DNA from: Octopus vulgaris
Taxonomy: Eukaryota
DNA length: 64,000 nt
Reading direction: 5' to 3'
Assembly (NCBI GenBank): GCA_951406725.2
Contig: OX597828.1
Span: 33,294,001-33,358,000 of the forward strand
The notes under the pieces are model-generated. The model was not told the DNA's origin. It did not search any database and saw nothing but the letters and a program-made list of their open reading frames with translations. Positions 14,769 through 28,936 of the stretch are shown in pieces. How positions within the stretch are numbered: position 1 is the first letter of the stretch; every line of letters begins with the position of its first letter. The position numbers and the translations under genes are program-made.

Positions 14769-15697
14769 TCGGCAATTCTCGCTCACTAATATATACGTAC
14801 ATACATACATATTCGGCAATTTCCGCTCACTAAATTCTCTTAGAAGACATTACTCAGTCAGGGGCAATAGCACAAAACTTGTGCTCCTCCAAGGTGCCCT
14901 GCATATGGGTTAAACGGGTAAAAACACGTCCCTGCGAAACGAGAATCTTAACCACAGGAACCTCGCCTCCACCTATACTTGAAGGCTATACTTGAAATTT
15001 TAATTACAAATTTGCGTCACTGCATAAGATATAATTTTATAGCTGAATTATTGTACTGTAAAGTAGAACTTTGAATTTATTAGCCATTGCATGCATTCTG
15101 GTAAATTATTACTGCTGATTAACACGCTACTCATTATTGTATGTGTAACAAAACATATTGAATCTAAAAAATATTCGATAAATAAGCTGATTTTTAAAAA
15201 GTTAGCTAAATTGTTATACAAGGCATTTCAGCAATGCTGAATATCTACATTGTACTATGTACTATGCGTCTGTGAAATAATGTATGTTTTGAAATTTTAG
15301 CTACAAATATTTAATTACATTTAGCTATCAAAATTTTGAGGCTTAATTATCTTTCTTCACGTCATAATTTTTAATCATTTTTCGTTTTGTTTTGTGTTTT
15401 TACTTGCTCGTACACATTAATGAGGAAATATCAGTCATGTATATTTACTTAATATTTTTTTTTTCATTACAAAACTGCTAACTAATCAGAGTTGGCCTGT
15501 TTATTCCGGATTTTGTGCATATGATCGTAAACTTGTTCCGTTTTTTTTTTTTTTTTTTTGAAATTTTAATTTTTCAATAAACCTTCCATGTTCTGCGACG
15601 AAGCACTCCAAGCAACAATTTCTGAAATTTTAGCTTCTCATACACGAACACACACACACACACGCTCACAAATACACACGTACATCACGCATATATA

Positions 15698-15755
<58 letters not shown>

Positions 15756-15820
15756 GGTGTATAAATATGTGTATATATATATACATATATATAAATATAT
15801 ATATATATGTATGTATATAC

Positions 15821-15852
<32 letters not shown>

Positions 15853-15879
15853 GTATATATATACACATATATATACACC

Positions 15880-15935
<56 letters not shown>

Positions 15936-16374
15936 GATAGATAATTTGCGTATGTATATATGTATGCATACATATGCACATGTGTCGTTTAAACTAAAAA
16001 TATGAGATAAGACAGTAAACTACGTTTTGAGAAATCATATTTCAAATGAGATATATATCTCTGAAATGAATAAGTAGAAAATTAATTGTGGGTCAATACA
16101 ATATTTTATTTCAAAAAAGTAAGCATAAATTATTAAATATATATATATTTACATGTCAAACTGTAGATGTATGCACAATGACATGTTTGATAAATTGTTT
16201 AAGTCGCTATATCAATATTTTGTTAAATTACTATGTTGATCTAGACAAGTTTACATGGCGTAGAAGTACAGGTTTCTCTCGTCCTCCATACACACATACA
16301 CCTAACTATCAGCTAGCTGGGTAGCTAGCAATGCATGTGTATTAAATAAATAACTAAATAAATGAATAAATAAA

Positions 16375-17787
<1,413 letters not shown>

Positions 17788-17796
17788 TAGATATAT

Positions 17797-18423
17797 TATA
17801 AAATAGTGTACAATTAAACATAAAAGAAAACTACCCTTGAACATGTAATTTTTACATGCTAGAAATAGCAGCCAACACAGCTAAAACCACGATTTAATAG
17901 CAATTTTCGAAGTAAATGAAAAATCAAAACTTTTACTTTGTTATTTTTATTAGCGGTTTTATCATGGTTTCGAATTTCTTTAGCAAATAAGATTATTTGC
18001 CATCCTTTAATAGGTAATTTAGAAAAACAATATTATCCGCCAGGCGAATTCTCGTCAGTAACCGGCCTCAATAACTAACTTATAATTCAGAGACAAGATA
18101 ACACGTGTCCCGTCATTATATGTTATAATTTTTCAAAATTCTGCGCGTAGGCGCATTTACAGTCGGCAATAAATACAATGCCGAGCTGAATTTTCGAGAA
18201 TGGTAAGAACATATTCATAAGATACATATATAGGGTTGCGAATATTCGTTATAAATATCACCACCGGTGGCCTAACATGTATAAATATTCAATAGACAAC
18301 ATATTCATATTTTTAAATAGTGTACAATTGAACACAAAAGAAAACTACCCTTAAACAGGTAATTTTTACATGCTAGAAATAGCAGCCAACACGGCTAAAA
18401 CCACTATTAAGAGCAATTTTCGG
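17797..18423. repeat. ~110-bp direct repeats (17797-17909 and ~18314-18423) bracketing ~400 bp
   Basis: aaatagtgtacaatt.aaca.aaaagaaaactaccctt.aaca.gtaatttttacatgctagaaatagcagccaacac.gctaaaaccac..tt.a.agcaattttcg occurs twice. Confidence 0.85.
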
Positions 18424-18625
18424 AGATATATATATATATATGTATATATATCTGTAAAATAAGGTCTCTTTCTTTCTTTTGTTATCTTACCGTTTTTACC
18501 AATATACGCATATAGAGATATAAATGCATGCTTGTATAAATACCTATATATATATATATATATTTGTAAAAAATGAAGTTCGAAAATGCTGCTGTATTAT
18601 ACAATTTTTAATTTTTATATATACA

Positions 18626-18668
18626 TTATAACATGTTTCAGTTCCTGAAATGAACCTTATCAAAAAAA
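18626..18668 (-). ncRNA. minimal hammerhead-ribozyme-like motif (U3-A8 core) at the Penelope 3' end
   Basis: Minus strand TTGATAA-GGTTC-atttcag-GAACT-GAA-ACATGT-T; palindromic stem III; weak stem I. Confidence 0.6.
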
Positions 18669-18999
18669 GTTATATATAAAAAAAGACAGCTCATGCCGTC
18701 AAACACAAGAAATTCATTTATAATACACAACGGAGTCAGACATCTTAGAGTTCATGTATAGTTGATATATAGTTCATGTATAGTTGATATATAGTTTGAA
18801 GTATATGTTCAAAGTGTTCGATGCAGTGGCCCACGGTGGCGATACGTATTCAATACAAAAAACAGATCAAAGTGGTGGAAAGCGGTCAATACAGAAGATT
18901 GATGTTTCCGAAAGAGCGAGGAATTCATTTTTACCTTAAGCAATTGTGATGACCCATGGTGGAAGTTCGCTGGGTGGTTCTAGTGAGTTTTTGTGAAAT

Positions 19000-19475
19000 G
19001 CTCGGTTTTATAGTGCCTGTTAGGTGGTCAATCTAGCGTAGCGTGACGTCATCAATGTTTTGACCAATCGTTTCGTTAGGTGGCTTTAATCAAGTAGAAC
19101 GGGACGTCATCATTATTTTGACCAATCGCTGCATTATAACTCCCTTTTGTTTGTTTCCTGTTTTGACCAGTCGCTTCGTTAGTCAAGTAGAACGGGACGT
19201 CATCATTATTTTGACCAATCGCTGCATTATATCTGCCTCTTGTTTGTTTCCTGTTTTGACCAGTCGCTTTGTTAGTCAAGCAGAGCGGGACGTCATCCAG
19301 ATTCTGCCCAATCACGACTTATAGCTACATTAGATCTGCCCCCTGTCTGTACTTGTTAGGTGACTATTCAAGCAGAAAAGGACGTCATCAATATTCTGAC
19401 TAATGACTGTCCCCTGTTTGTATCCTGTCCATTCTAGCAGAGCTAGACGTCATCAACTTGTTGACCAATCAGAAT
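19000..19475 (-). promoter_or_regulatory. tandem ~78-bp repeats with GACGTCA and CCAAT motifs followed by a TATA-like box (putative Penelope pseudo-LTR promoter)
   Basis: Repeated 'gacgtcatca....t.tgaccaatc' at ~19045, 19103, 19196, 19289, 19381 and 19446; minus-strand CTATAAAA at ~19006-19013. Confidence 0.55.
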
Positions 19476-19637
19476 CGGGTCTGACCCTTAGCTGTATCGT
19501 ATGTATCAGGGTCAGATTTGCACGAAAGAATTTTTTTCCTTTTTTACTAAGGCATATTTCCGTCAGAGTGAGTGTCTGTTTGAAGTAGCGGCCGTGGTGA
19601 AATTTGGTTCTCCTTTTCGGAGGACTTATCTTTTGTT

Positions 19638-20698
19638 TTAGTATTCCTGGCCCAGGGTGTTTAAACTTGGTCTAAATTTTTTTATGAAATATAGTTCTTT
19701 ATTTTGGCGATGTGTGAAGGTTGCGTTGTCACTGAATTTATAGAGCGGGTTAGTTGTAAATTTCGGATTCACATTTCCAGCACATCTATCTATGTGTCCG
19801 CTGACCGGTATTTTGCGGTAATCAGGGTTTCTAATTTGTGATTTATGCACCGCCATCCTGTTACGTAAGCTATTTTTTGTATGGCCTATATACTGCCTAT
19901 TGCAGCCTGCGCATGTTATGACGTAAATTAAGTTTTCTGATGCGCAGGTGAAGTTTGTTCTAATGGTGAACTGGTGGCCTTGTTCCAGTATAAATTCTGA
20001 TCCTTCTTTCAAGATGACACAGATTCCGCAGTTGGGCCTTCCACATTTTCTAACTGCTGGTTTTGTGGTTGATGTTGAGTGCAGTGTAGCTTGGGTTAAA
20101 ATCCTTTTCAAGGATTTTGGTTGCCGTTTACTTTTAATGATGGTGTGTGTTTCGAGGATCCGGTTCATCTTTGGGTCTCCCTTTAGTAGGGCTGTGCTTT
20201 GTAGTATGGTGTTGAAGGCCTCATTGTTGAGTGGGTTGTGTGTAGAGATGTAGGGAAGGGTTTTTAATTGTTCTTTCTTTTTTGGTTTTGTTTGTCTCAG
20301 GTCTTCTATACTTAATTTAAGTACACGTTGGATTGCACTGTCTATTAGGGGCTGTGGATAGTTTCTATTTGTGAGTTGGTTCTAAGTTCCTGGAGACGTG
20401 TGTGTCGGGTGTTTGTGTCTGATATTATGGTGCAAATCCTTCTAGCTAAACAAAAAGGGACATTCATTCTAGTGTGTCGTGGGTGGCATGAATCAAAGGG
20501 TAGGTACTGTTTAGAGTCTGTCGGTTTATAGTAGATATCTGTCTCTATTTTGTTGCCGGTTTTCTTAATGAGGATGTCTAAAAATGGTAATTCTTTTTCG
20601 TTGTGGTCCATCGTGAATTGTATATTGTCATTTATTCCATTTAATAGAATTTTAAATTCCTCAAGTTTCTCTATGCCTTTGTCCCAGATGATGAAACA

Positions 20699-20702
<4 letters not shown>
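19638..20702 (-). pseudogene. Penelope RT C-terminus plus GIY-YIG endonuclease (frameshifted)
   Basis: DCFIIW..IQFTMD..ELPFLDILI..TDIYYKPTDSKQYLPFDSCHP..ARRICTI, then CGRPNCGIC and NLIYVITCAGCNRQYIGHTKNSLRNRMAVH..E..FIKKFRPSLN. Confidence 0.95.
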
Positions 20703-20752
<50 letters not shown>

Positions 20753-20754
20753 GT

Positions 20755-21112
20755 ATACAAAATTAAGAGGAATGACCATCAAAGTGGACTCCTAATATGC
20801 TAAATATAGACGTCAAACCGCCATTACCACGAAGAGTGTGTTCTCAAGACAAGTTTTATTTCGTATATTTTCATTTGTCTTGCTCAATTTTACATCTTGC
20901 GGTTTTGTTGAAATCTTTCTTGAGAACACAGTCTTTGTGGTAATGGCGATTTGACGTCTGTATTTAGCATATTAGGAGTCCACTGTGGCGGTCATTCCCC
21001 TTAATTTTGTATGTAATAAATTTTTTAATATTTTAATTTTCGGATTTTTAAATATGCTAAACCACTGGTTTTAATTGAGTAATGTCTATTTCTACCCTCA
21101 TTATTTAATATT
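20755..21112. repeat. fold-back repeat element (arms ~20755-20849 and ~20918-21012), same family as 59554-59930
   Basis: Left arm is the reverse complement of the right arm with several mismatches; shares the downstream tail 'gctaaaccactggttttaattga' with the second copy. Confidence 0.9.
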
Positions 21113-22216
21113 ATATATGTATATATATATATACGCACACACAAAGACACACACACACATATATATATATATATACACGCACACACATACACACACACAG
21201 ACAGATGCACACACACAAACACACACACACACACACATATATATATAATATTATACACCCAATGATGCTCCACATCGATTCTAATATTTACGGTGAAAAT
21301 TTGAAACCCATTAATCAAACTTGGAATGAATTAACTGCCACATTTAAGCTTAATTGATATTATTCCTCATGCACCATAGTCTGAGACGCAAAACAAGAAA
21401 TGGAATATTTTCTAAAAAAGAAAGGCAAGAGAGACATTTTGGGAATAGATTACCATTATATCAAGTGTTGCATAACGACTCAGGACGCATTCGTTTATGG
21501 CTCATGTGCAAAAGTATTTTAATGTTTTCAGTCTCTTATATGTAATTATTGCGTATTCGTTACATCACTGAGTAGGGACGAATGTCATTGATTGGTTTAC
21601 AATATTTATTACAAATATATAATCCCCGTATCATTGTCTTTCGTTGAAGACCATTGTGAAGAACGGCAACTTCATAGGTCTACGAATTCAAGTTAGACCT
21701 GCAGCTCAACAAACAAAATGATTTCTGAATAGTACACACATACAATATAAACAATATTTTATTTTAGCAATATATGTTCGTCAAATATCATACATATTTA
21801 ATACAACAGAAGTTGTGTTAAATATGTATGATATTTTTCTGTCAAAGGCAATATATAGAAAATTATGTTTTGTACACCTGCTGCTGGCTTTATACATACG
21901 TTCTATAGTGCAGTATAAACAGAATACTCTTCACAAATTCATATCCAACGTTAGCCGGTTCCGTACACACACTACCATTTCACCTCTTCTTCACTAAATA
22001 CCATTCGTGAAAAATATTTGTGCATCATTTCCCTAAAATTAAATAACTGAGAGGTAAGTCTTCTGCAGTAGTTTTCGGCCACATAGGATGAGCTCAGAGC
22101 AGTGACATCTTCATGGTATCAACTACAATGAAATATCGGTTGGTTAGATTGCTTTTTATTTCAGAGATCCGGCTTTGAATTTATCGAAATGCCGAATACA
22201 GGATACAAATCAATCA

Positions 22217-22586
22217 TGGAAGCACTCCGTCGGTTACGACGATGAGGGTTCCGGTTGATCCGATCAACGGAACAGCCTGCTCGTGAAATTAACGGGTAAG
22301 TGACTGAGCACTCCACAGACACGTGTACCCTTAACGTAGTTCTCGGGGATATTCGGCGTGACACAGAGAGTGACAAGGCCAGCCCTTTGAAATACAGGTA
22401 CAACAGGAACAGGAAGTAAGAGTGAGGGAAAGTTGTGGTGAAAGAGTACAGCAGGGATCACCACCATCCCCTGCCGGAGCCTCGTGGAGCTTTAGGTGTC
22501 TTCGCTCAATAAACACTCATAACGCCCGGTCTGGGAATCGAAACCGCGAGTCCGCTACCCTAACCACTGGGCCATTGCGCCTCCAC
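22217..22586 (-). mobile_element. tRNA-derived SINE, family C, with 13-bp TSD
   Basis: Minus-strand head gtggaggcgcaatggcccagtggttaggg..ggtttcgattccc; flanked by tacaaatcaatca at 22204-22216 and 22587-22599. Confidence 0.88.
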
Positions 22587-22987
22587 TACAAATCAATCAG
22601 AGGTCACGCTCAAAGAAACCGTATAGACTCAGCCATTCGAAGAGTACTCATTACAATTTGTTCTTTAATCTACCAAATTTGTTCTTATCGCGATTCTTTA
22701 TCTGTAGATACATAGAGCTGTTGCTATGATTGTTTTTAAGGCCTTGATCAACATTGTCTAAAAGATGTACCAGTCGTGACCGCCTTTCCCTTTTATCTTA
22801 TCTTCATACATAATATGTATAGTACTATCCCCGATGAAGACGGAATGCATAGAACTAGGCATGGATTCGCGGATGACTTCACCGCCTGAAGTTAAAGCAA
22901 CGAAAAACGGGCCAATCTTTGGGCTCGTATCATTCGGTAATTGCCGATGCCGATTGAAAACGGTTTGAAGAGATTGTTTGGGTTACA

Positions 22988-23395
22988 CTTTTACTCTTTT
23001 ACTTGTTTCAGTGGTTTGACTGTGGCCATGCTGGAGCACCGCCTTTAGTCGAGCAAATTGACCCCCAGGACTTACTTTTTGTAAGCCTAGTACTTATTCT
23101 ATCGGTCTCTTTTCCCGAACCGCTAGTGTTACGGGGACGTAAACACACCAGCATCGGTTCTCAAGCGATGGTGGGTGGGTGACAAACACAGTCACACAAA
23201 CACATACACACACATACATATATATATATACATATATAGGAGGACTTCTTTCAGTTTCCGTCTACCAAATCCACTCACAAGGCTTTGATCGGCCCGAGGC
23301 TATAGTAGAAGACACTTGCCCAAGGTGTCACACAGTAGGACTGAACCCGGAACCATGAGGTTGGTAAGAAAACTATTTACCACACAGACACTCCT
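22988..23395 (-). mobile_element. SINE family B, full length
   Basis: Matches 5277-5661 and 53917-54326; tRNA-like head aggagtgtctgtgtggta..gggttcagtcc. Confidence 0.92.
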
Positions 23396-23575
23396 AATAC
23401 TATGTTGGAGATTTTATCACAACAAGCTGTACCACTTACATTTTCAGGGGTTTCTCAAATGCTGCCATGTGTATTGTAGGGAAGGCAAGTACTCTATGCC
23501 GTTATGCAGATTATCCACAGGGTGGACCGGGGTTGTGAGTAGTCCTGTCCTGATGGTATGTTGTTTTATTTAATA

Positions 23576-23878
23576 CTAGCAGTATCGCCCGGCGTTGCTC
23601 GGGTTTGTAAGGGAAAAAAATTTTAAAAGCATTTTTAGAGAGTTACTTCCCTTATATAATACCAAAAAAATGCATTAAAAATGGAAAAAAATTATGGTAA
23701 TTTTTTTTTTAAATCGTAGACTCATCGTAGACGCGCGCTAATACCCAGAAGGGCTCGATATGGATCACGACTATAAGATACCCGCTTTTGGTTAAACTGC
23801 ACCGCAAAATGTGGGAGTAGTTAGGAATCTAAATCGTAGGAGACAGACACCACACAACTTCAGTTTTATATATATAAA
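23576..23878 (-). mobile_element. non-autonomous Helitron (~300 bp)
   Basis: Minus strand starts TTTATATATATAAAACTG (TC in other copies) and ends with hairpin CCCG-agcaacgc-CGGG followed by ..CTAG; inserted between A and T with no TSD. Confidence 0.85.
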
Positions 23879-23889
23879 TCAGTTTAAAA

Positions 23890-24055
23890 ATTTGGCAGAA
23901 TGACAGCAATTTTGGAAAAAGGTTAAGTCGATTATTTTGGCCCCAGTGATCAGCTGGTACTGATTTTATCGACCCCGAATGGATAAAAGGCAAAGTCGAT
24001 CTCGGCAAAATTTGAACTCAGATCGTAAAGTGCCGCTAAGCATTTTAGTCTGCCG
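23890..24055 (-). mobile_element. diverged SINE family A
   Basis: tggtactgattttatcgacccc..aaaggcaaagtcga..tttgaactcaga is the reverse complement of the family A core. Confidence 0.75.
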
Positions 24056-24954
24056 CCGTTGTTGTGTCTAATATTGTTGTTTTGGGAAGCCAGAACTGTC
24101 ATGATTTAGCAGAACTATGAACAGAGGCATTCATCACCGTAACCAATGCGTCTATTTTTCATTAAAAATAAAGTATCAAATACTAAACTATCGAACATAT
24201 CTTTCCCTCGATGAACTCGGTTTGGGTGTCATAAGCGGTTATAAATGCTATTTATTATAGATTACATGACTAAAAATTATGGTGACCCGTGATCAAAATT
24301 ATTCCAACCGTGAACACCCAACGTCGCTTTTGAAGTTTTCGAATGAACTTCCTTTAAATAAGATAGGAGATAATTTGAAAGAAAACGGCATCTATCCCTA
24401 GCAGTATTAACAGAGAGGCTTATATATCAGAGGCAGCCGCAGTAGTAGTATTAAAAATGTAGATATTGCTATTATTGTTATTCCCAATGTCAGTTCTCAT
24501 CAAGCAGACATGACATCAAACGTTTTTTAGACCTGGTTTATATCTTCTTTTAATCAATCATAGTGCACCAAGAAATTCATTATAGAATTTACCTAATTTA
24601 TTCTTCACTCATAGTATATATTTGCATTGGGAATAGGTTTTCATGTGCATGTTAAATAAACATACATTTACCCTCACTGTGTAAATAGATCCTGTCGGTT
24701 ATTTACACATTTAAAAGCATGTTTAGCAAACCTACGAATGTAAACTGATTCAGAAGTGATCCACACACACATTCTATATTAGTACTTCAGATATTTTATA
24801 GTGTGTTTAAGAGCGCATTATTCCAATTATGCAACAGGCACATGGTATCAAAGACGTTATTATTAAATTTATCTTTCGAAGTGTATCAAGAACTACATTA
24901 TCCAATTCATCTTCACGAAACAAGAAGTACAGTAACTAGTTTATGTATGAGATA

Positions 24955-25488
24955 TTGGGTTGTCCGGAAAGTTCGTGCCGATTTATAGTAGCTTACGTTT
25001 CGACTTATTTTAGAACATGATTGAGTCCATAAAATAGGATTTGACTACACCTCCATTTAGAGCACAGTTTAAGCTATCTTTTCGTGGAAGAAGGTTTATG
25101 TTCCTATCACATGTGTTCATTTTGTCATCCTTTAAAATCGAAGATAAGAAAGTTCATTTTCGGTACATGATGCTTTGGGAACCAGACAAAAATTGCTGCA
25201 TATTCAACAGATATTGCTCCTTCGGATTTCCACTTATTCAGGTCTCTGTAGAATAGTCTTAGTGGTAAAAATTTCAATTCCTTGGATGACGTAAAAAGAT
25301 ACCTTGATGAATTCTTTGCCATCAACCCACCTCAATTCTGGGAAGAAGGTATTTTTAAGTTAAAGGAAAGATGGAGACACATTGTGCAACAAAATGGTTC
25401 ATATTTGGTTGATTAAAAATGTAAGGCAAGTATTTATTGACCTTTTTTTTTCCTTTAAAAATCGGCACGAACTTTCCGGACAGCCCGA
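24955..25488 (+). mobile_element. internally deleted mariner (MITE-like) with intact TIRs and TA TSD
   Basis: TA-ttgggttgtccggaaagttcgtgccgattt ... aaatcggcacgaactttccggacagcccga-TA. Transposase N-terminus (EDKKVHFRYMMLWE) is joined to the C-terminus (YSTDIAPSDFHLFRSL..ERWRHIVQQNGSYLVD*). Confidence 0.93.
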
Positions 25489-26418
25489 TATAATATAGAA
25501 CGACTAGCCGCCACTCTCGAGCAAGTTTCGCATGGAAACATGTGCTATGCTTTCGCTAATTGATTTCGGCGCATATCACTGCGTATAAGTGAGTAGACAT
25601 AAATACCTTCACGACCCTAAGGCTTGTTCCAGCGGACTATTCAGTAAGTAACTGCTAGACGGAGAGAAAACAAGCGCGACATTCTCTCTTGTACACATCG
25701 GAGCTGAGTAGACATCAGCAATATAGAATAAAGTACTTTGCTTCAGAAAACAAACTGCTTTCTGGTTTAGGAATTGATGTAGGTGAGCTGAACCATCTTA
25801 TCATTTGAGCCCATTTTCAAAAATAGTATACAAAGCCCATGCCATTTCAGAATAGTTGGTGCCATTCCAAACATGGAACAGCGCGAGCTATAATATTTTG
25901 TCGCAGAGAAACTGTTCAAAGAGATGCTGTTTTAAAATCGTAGGATTTGTTTAATGCTTTATGAATGCCAACGCACGAAATTCTCGGCAAATGAGTCACG
26001 TTGTAATTCCTGCCGATCGTTAATAATATTGTTTTCAAAGTTTTGACACAAGGTCATCAAGCTGGGGAGGGGGATGGTCGATTACTTCGGCGCCAGTGCT
26101 CCATGTGGTGGTTCAACCTGCTAGAAATAGCAGCACAGTCTCTTTCAAATCATTCCCATCATATTTAAAAAGAAACACAACTGTGCTTCAAGAATAAGTA
26201 AATTACAACAACGATACATTGGGCTCCGAAGCTGGCTTCCCAACCACATGGTTCCGGGTTCAGTCCCGCTGCATGGCACATTGGGCAAGAGTCTCGAGTC
26301 GACCAAGGTCTTGTGGCTGAATTTGGTAGACGTAAACTGAAAGAAACACGACATGTATGTATGTATGTATGTAAGTTTGTATGTATATAAATATATATAT
26401 AAATATATATATATGTGT

Positions 26419-26465
<47 letters not shown>

Positions 26466-26629
26466 TATATGTGTATGTATATATGCATATATATATACAT
26501 GTGCATGTATGCATATATGTGTGTGTGTATGTATATATATATAAAGGGGAAGTTTACGAAAATAAACAAAAGACGAAGGCAGGTGGTGTACAAATAGATG
26601 TATTAGTATAGCGCTCAGGGATAGAAAAA

Positions 26630-26668
26630 GTATTTTACGTTTCGAGCCTACGCTCTTCTACAGAAACG
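26630..26668 (-). ncRNA. minimal hammerhead-like motif (CUGUAGA core, GUA triplet) in a short dispersed repeat at 26545-26755
   Basis: Minus strand gttt-CTGTAGA-A-GAGC-gtag-GCTC-GAA-ACGT-A-aaat; same repeat family as 28565-28725. Confidence 0.6.
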
Positions 26669-27042
26669 TACACAGAAAAAACAAGGAGAGAAACAAGGAG
26701 AGAAAAAATGTGTGTAGTAGCTAACGATCTATCATGGCGTCTGACTCGGACAGAATATATATATATATTGTTTGAATGCATGAATGTATGTATATGTGTG
26801 CTTGTGTTGGTGTCTTTATGTCTCCATAACTTAGCGGATCAGTAAAAGACCCTGATAGAATAAGTACCAGGTTTAAAAAAAGAAAAGAAAAAAAAACCTA
26901 CTGAGATCGATCCATCCTACTAAATATTCTCCGAGGTGATGCTCCAGCATCGCCGCACTCCAATGACGGAAAAGAGTAACAGATAAAAAAGAAAAGTGAC
27001 AAGACAAAGACTTTTCCGCAGTTAGTATATTTGTTATTCGAA

Positions 27043-27250
27043 GGTGCATCTAGCACTCTATTATCCAATTTATATTTCAGACGCAATGTATCAAGGACTA
27101 CGTTAACGCATTTATGCTTGAGACAAAGTGTATCAAGGACTACATTATCTAATTTGTGCTTGTGTCATAATGTTCTAAGACTGCATTATCGAATTTATTC
27201 GTTAGATATACTGTATCAAGAAGTCTATTATCCAATTTTGTTCTTCAGAC
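27043..27250. repeat. diverged ~42-bp tandem repeat (~5 units); related units at ~24800-24910
   Basis: Recurrent tgtatcaaggactacattatccaattt motif. Confidence 0.75.
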
Positions 27251-28140
27251 TGTGTATGTACGATTTGATTATCTCACGTCTCCTTCCTTTTTTCCATATA
27301 TGATACGACGAATGTGAAACTTCTACTTTTAACAGTAAGTTATAACCCTCGTGTATGACTCCTGCTGTCATTGTTTTAGTTTATATTGATATTTAGCCCC
27401 AGGTGATCCTTTGTCAACGAAACCTTTGATAAAATTCGATCCTTTTGTCGTCATCTCGCCTTGTTTCAGCAGTATGTAGCACGACGTTATATAATGTTTC
27501 TTTATTTTACTTTACTTAACATTACAAGAATTAACTATAGGAAGAGTTCGTTGCTATTTCTAAAAGTGTAAGTGACCATACAGAGCCTCCTTCGCTGTTA
27601 TTTTATTCTCGACATTACGGATGATGTTCTAACAACGCTGTGTTAGTCTCCACTATAAGTAGTACTTAGGCATAAACTGCAACACATATATTACTATACA
27701 TTCTATTCTTTTACTCATTTGTTTGTTGTTGCTGTTGTATTTCCGAGATCCCTCCTGCTTGTCAGTACAATAGATAAACACTGGTGTTTGGGAAAAAATT
27801 CTTATTAAAAACCTACTGTCCACATCATTCTCCTGTTCATGCAATTCTCTTCAGTGCATTCGCTCTCCGTTCTCCACCTACATCATTCTGTCATTCTATG
27901 CTGCTATGATATATTAACGGTTACTAGTAAACCAAAATCGTTCAAACGAAAAGAAATATTTTGTCCTTTACCAGGGGCGGCAAATGATTAACAGCGCTTC
28001 TTTTGTGTCTCCGATGACTTTCTTGTATTCTCTGCCAAAATTTTTCTATATAATTATACTTCAAATCACTCTTCCAAACAGAAATACGCGAGACTCGTTA
28101 CACTCGTCTTCCTCCGCTGGCATCTAATACAATTATTTAA

Positions 28141-28310
<170 letters not shown>

Positions 28311-28650
28311 GGCGCTGATGATGGTGTTGGCGATTGCAAAAATAACAACGACTATGATGATAACAATTAGGATGGTGATATGCTTGTTCGCCGCAAGGGT
28401 AACAATAAAACAAACCATGCCAAACATACTTACACATACATCAAACAAGACATAAAATATGATATATTCAAGTATGTTAAAGCATATGCATATATATATA
28501 TGTGTGTATGTTTGTGTATGTATGTATGTGTATGTAATTATGTATCTATATATGAATGTATATAGTTGAAATTTACTGAAAAACAAAAGACAAGACAGGG
28601 GTATGAACAACAATCAGGTGTATTAGTTTGACGCTCAGAAAAGTGAGAAT

Positions 28651-28690
28651 GTCTTTCACGTTTCGAGCTTATGCTCTTCAACAGAAAGGA
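28651..28690 (-). ncRNA. minimal hammerhead-like motif (CUGUUGA core; GUG triplet, probably inactive)
   Basis: Minus strand cttt-CTGTTGA-A-GAGC-ataa-GCTC-GAA-ACGT-G-aaag. Confidence 0.55.
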
Positions 28691-28936
28691 ATAGGAGAAA
28701 ATAAACAGAGAGAGAGAGAATAAATATGTATGTGTATATATATAAATATACATGAGATAATGTCTGTTTTTATGTCGAGATATATTTCAAACAAATTTAC
28801 ATTAAACTAAAGGATTACTGAGTACTTTTTGTAGAGTACATTTTAGTGTTCTTTTATAGGCATAATATTGACAGTGACCTCGAAGTTTCGACCTGCTAGC
28901 CTACAACGGACAGCAGTTGGGGCCAATACTATTAAA

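Larger units (their letters stand above)
18560..20702 (-). mobile_element. Penelope-like retroelement, 5'-truncated, with 3' pseudo-LTR
   Basis: RT thumb region followed by a GIY-YIG endonuclease, then a repeat-rich 3' region with a hammerhead-like motif near its end. Confidence 0.92.

Noticed and set aside
27043-27250. Repeat-spacer appearance suggestive of a CRISPR array
   Set aside because: Eukaryotic context, units are degenerate along their whole length, the variable parts are short and related, and there are no cas genes.
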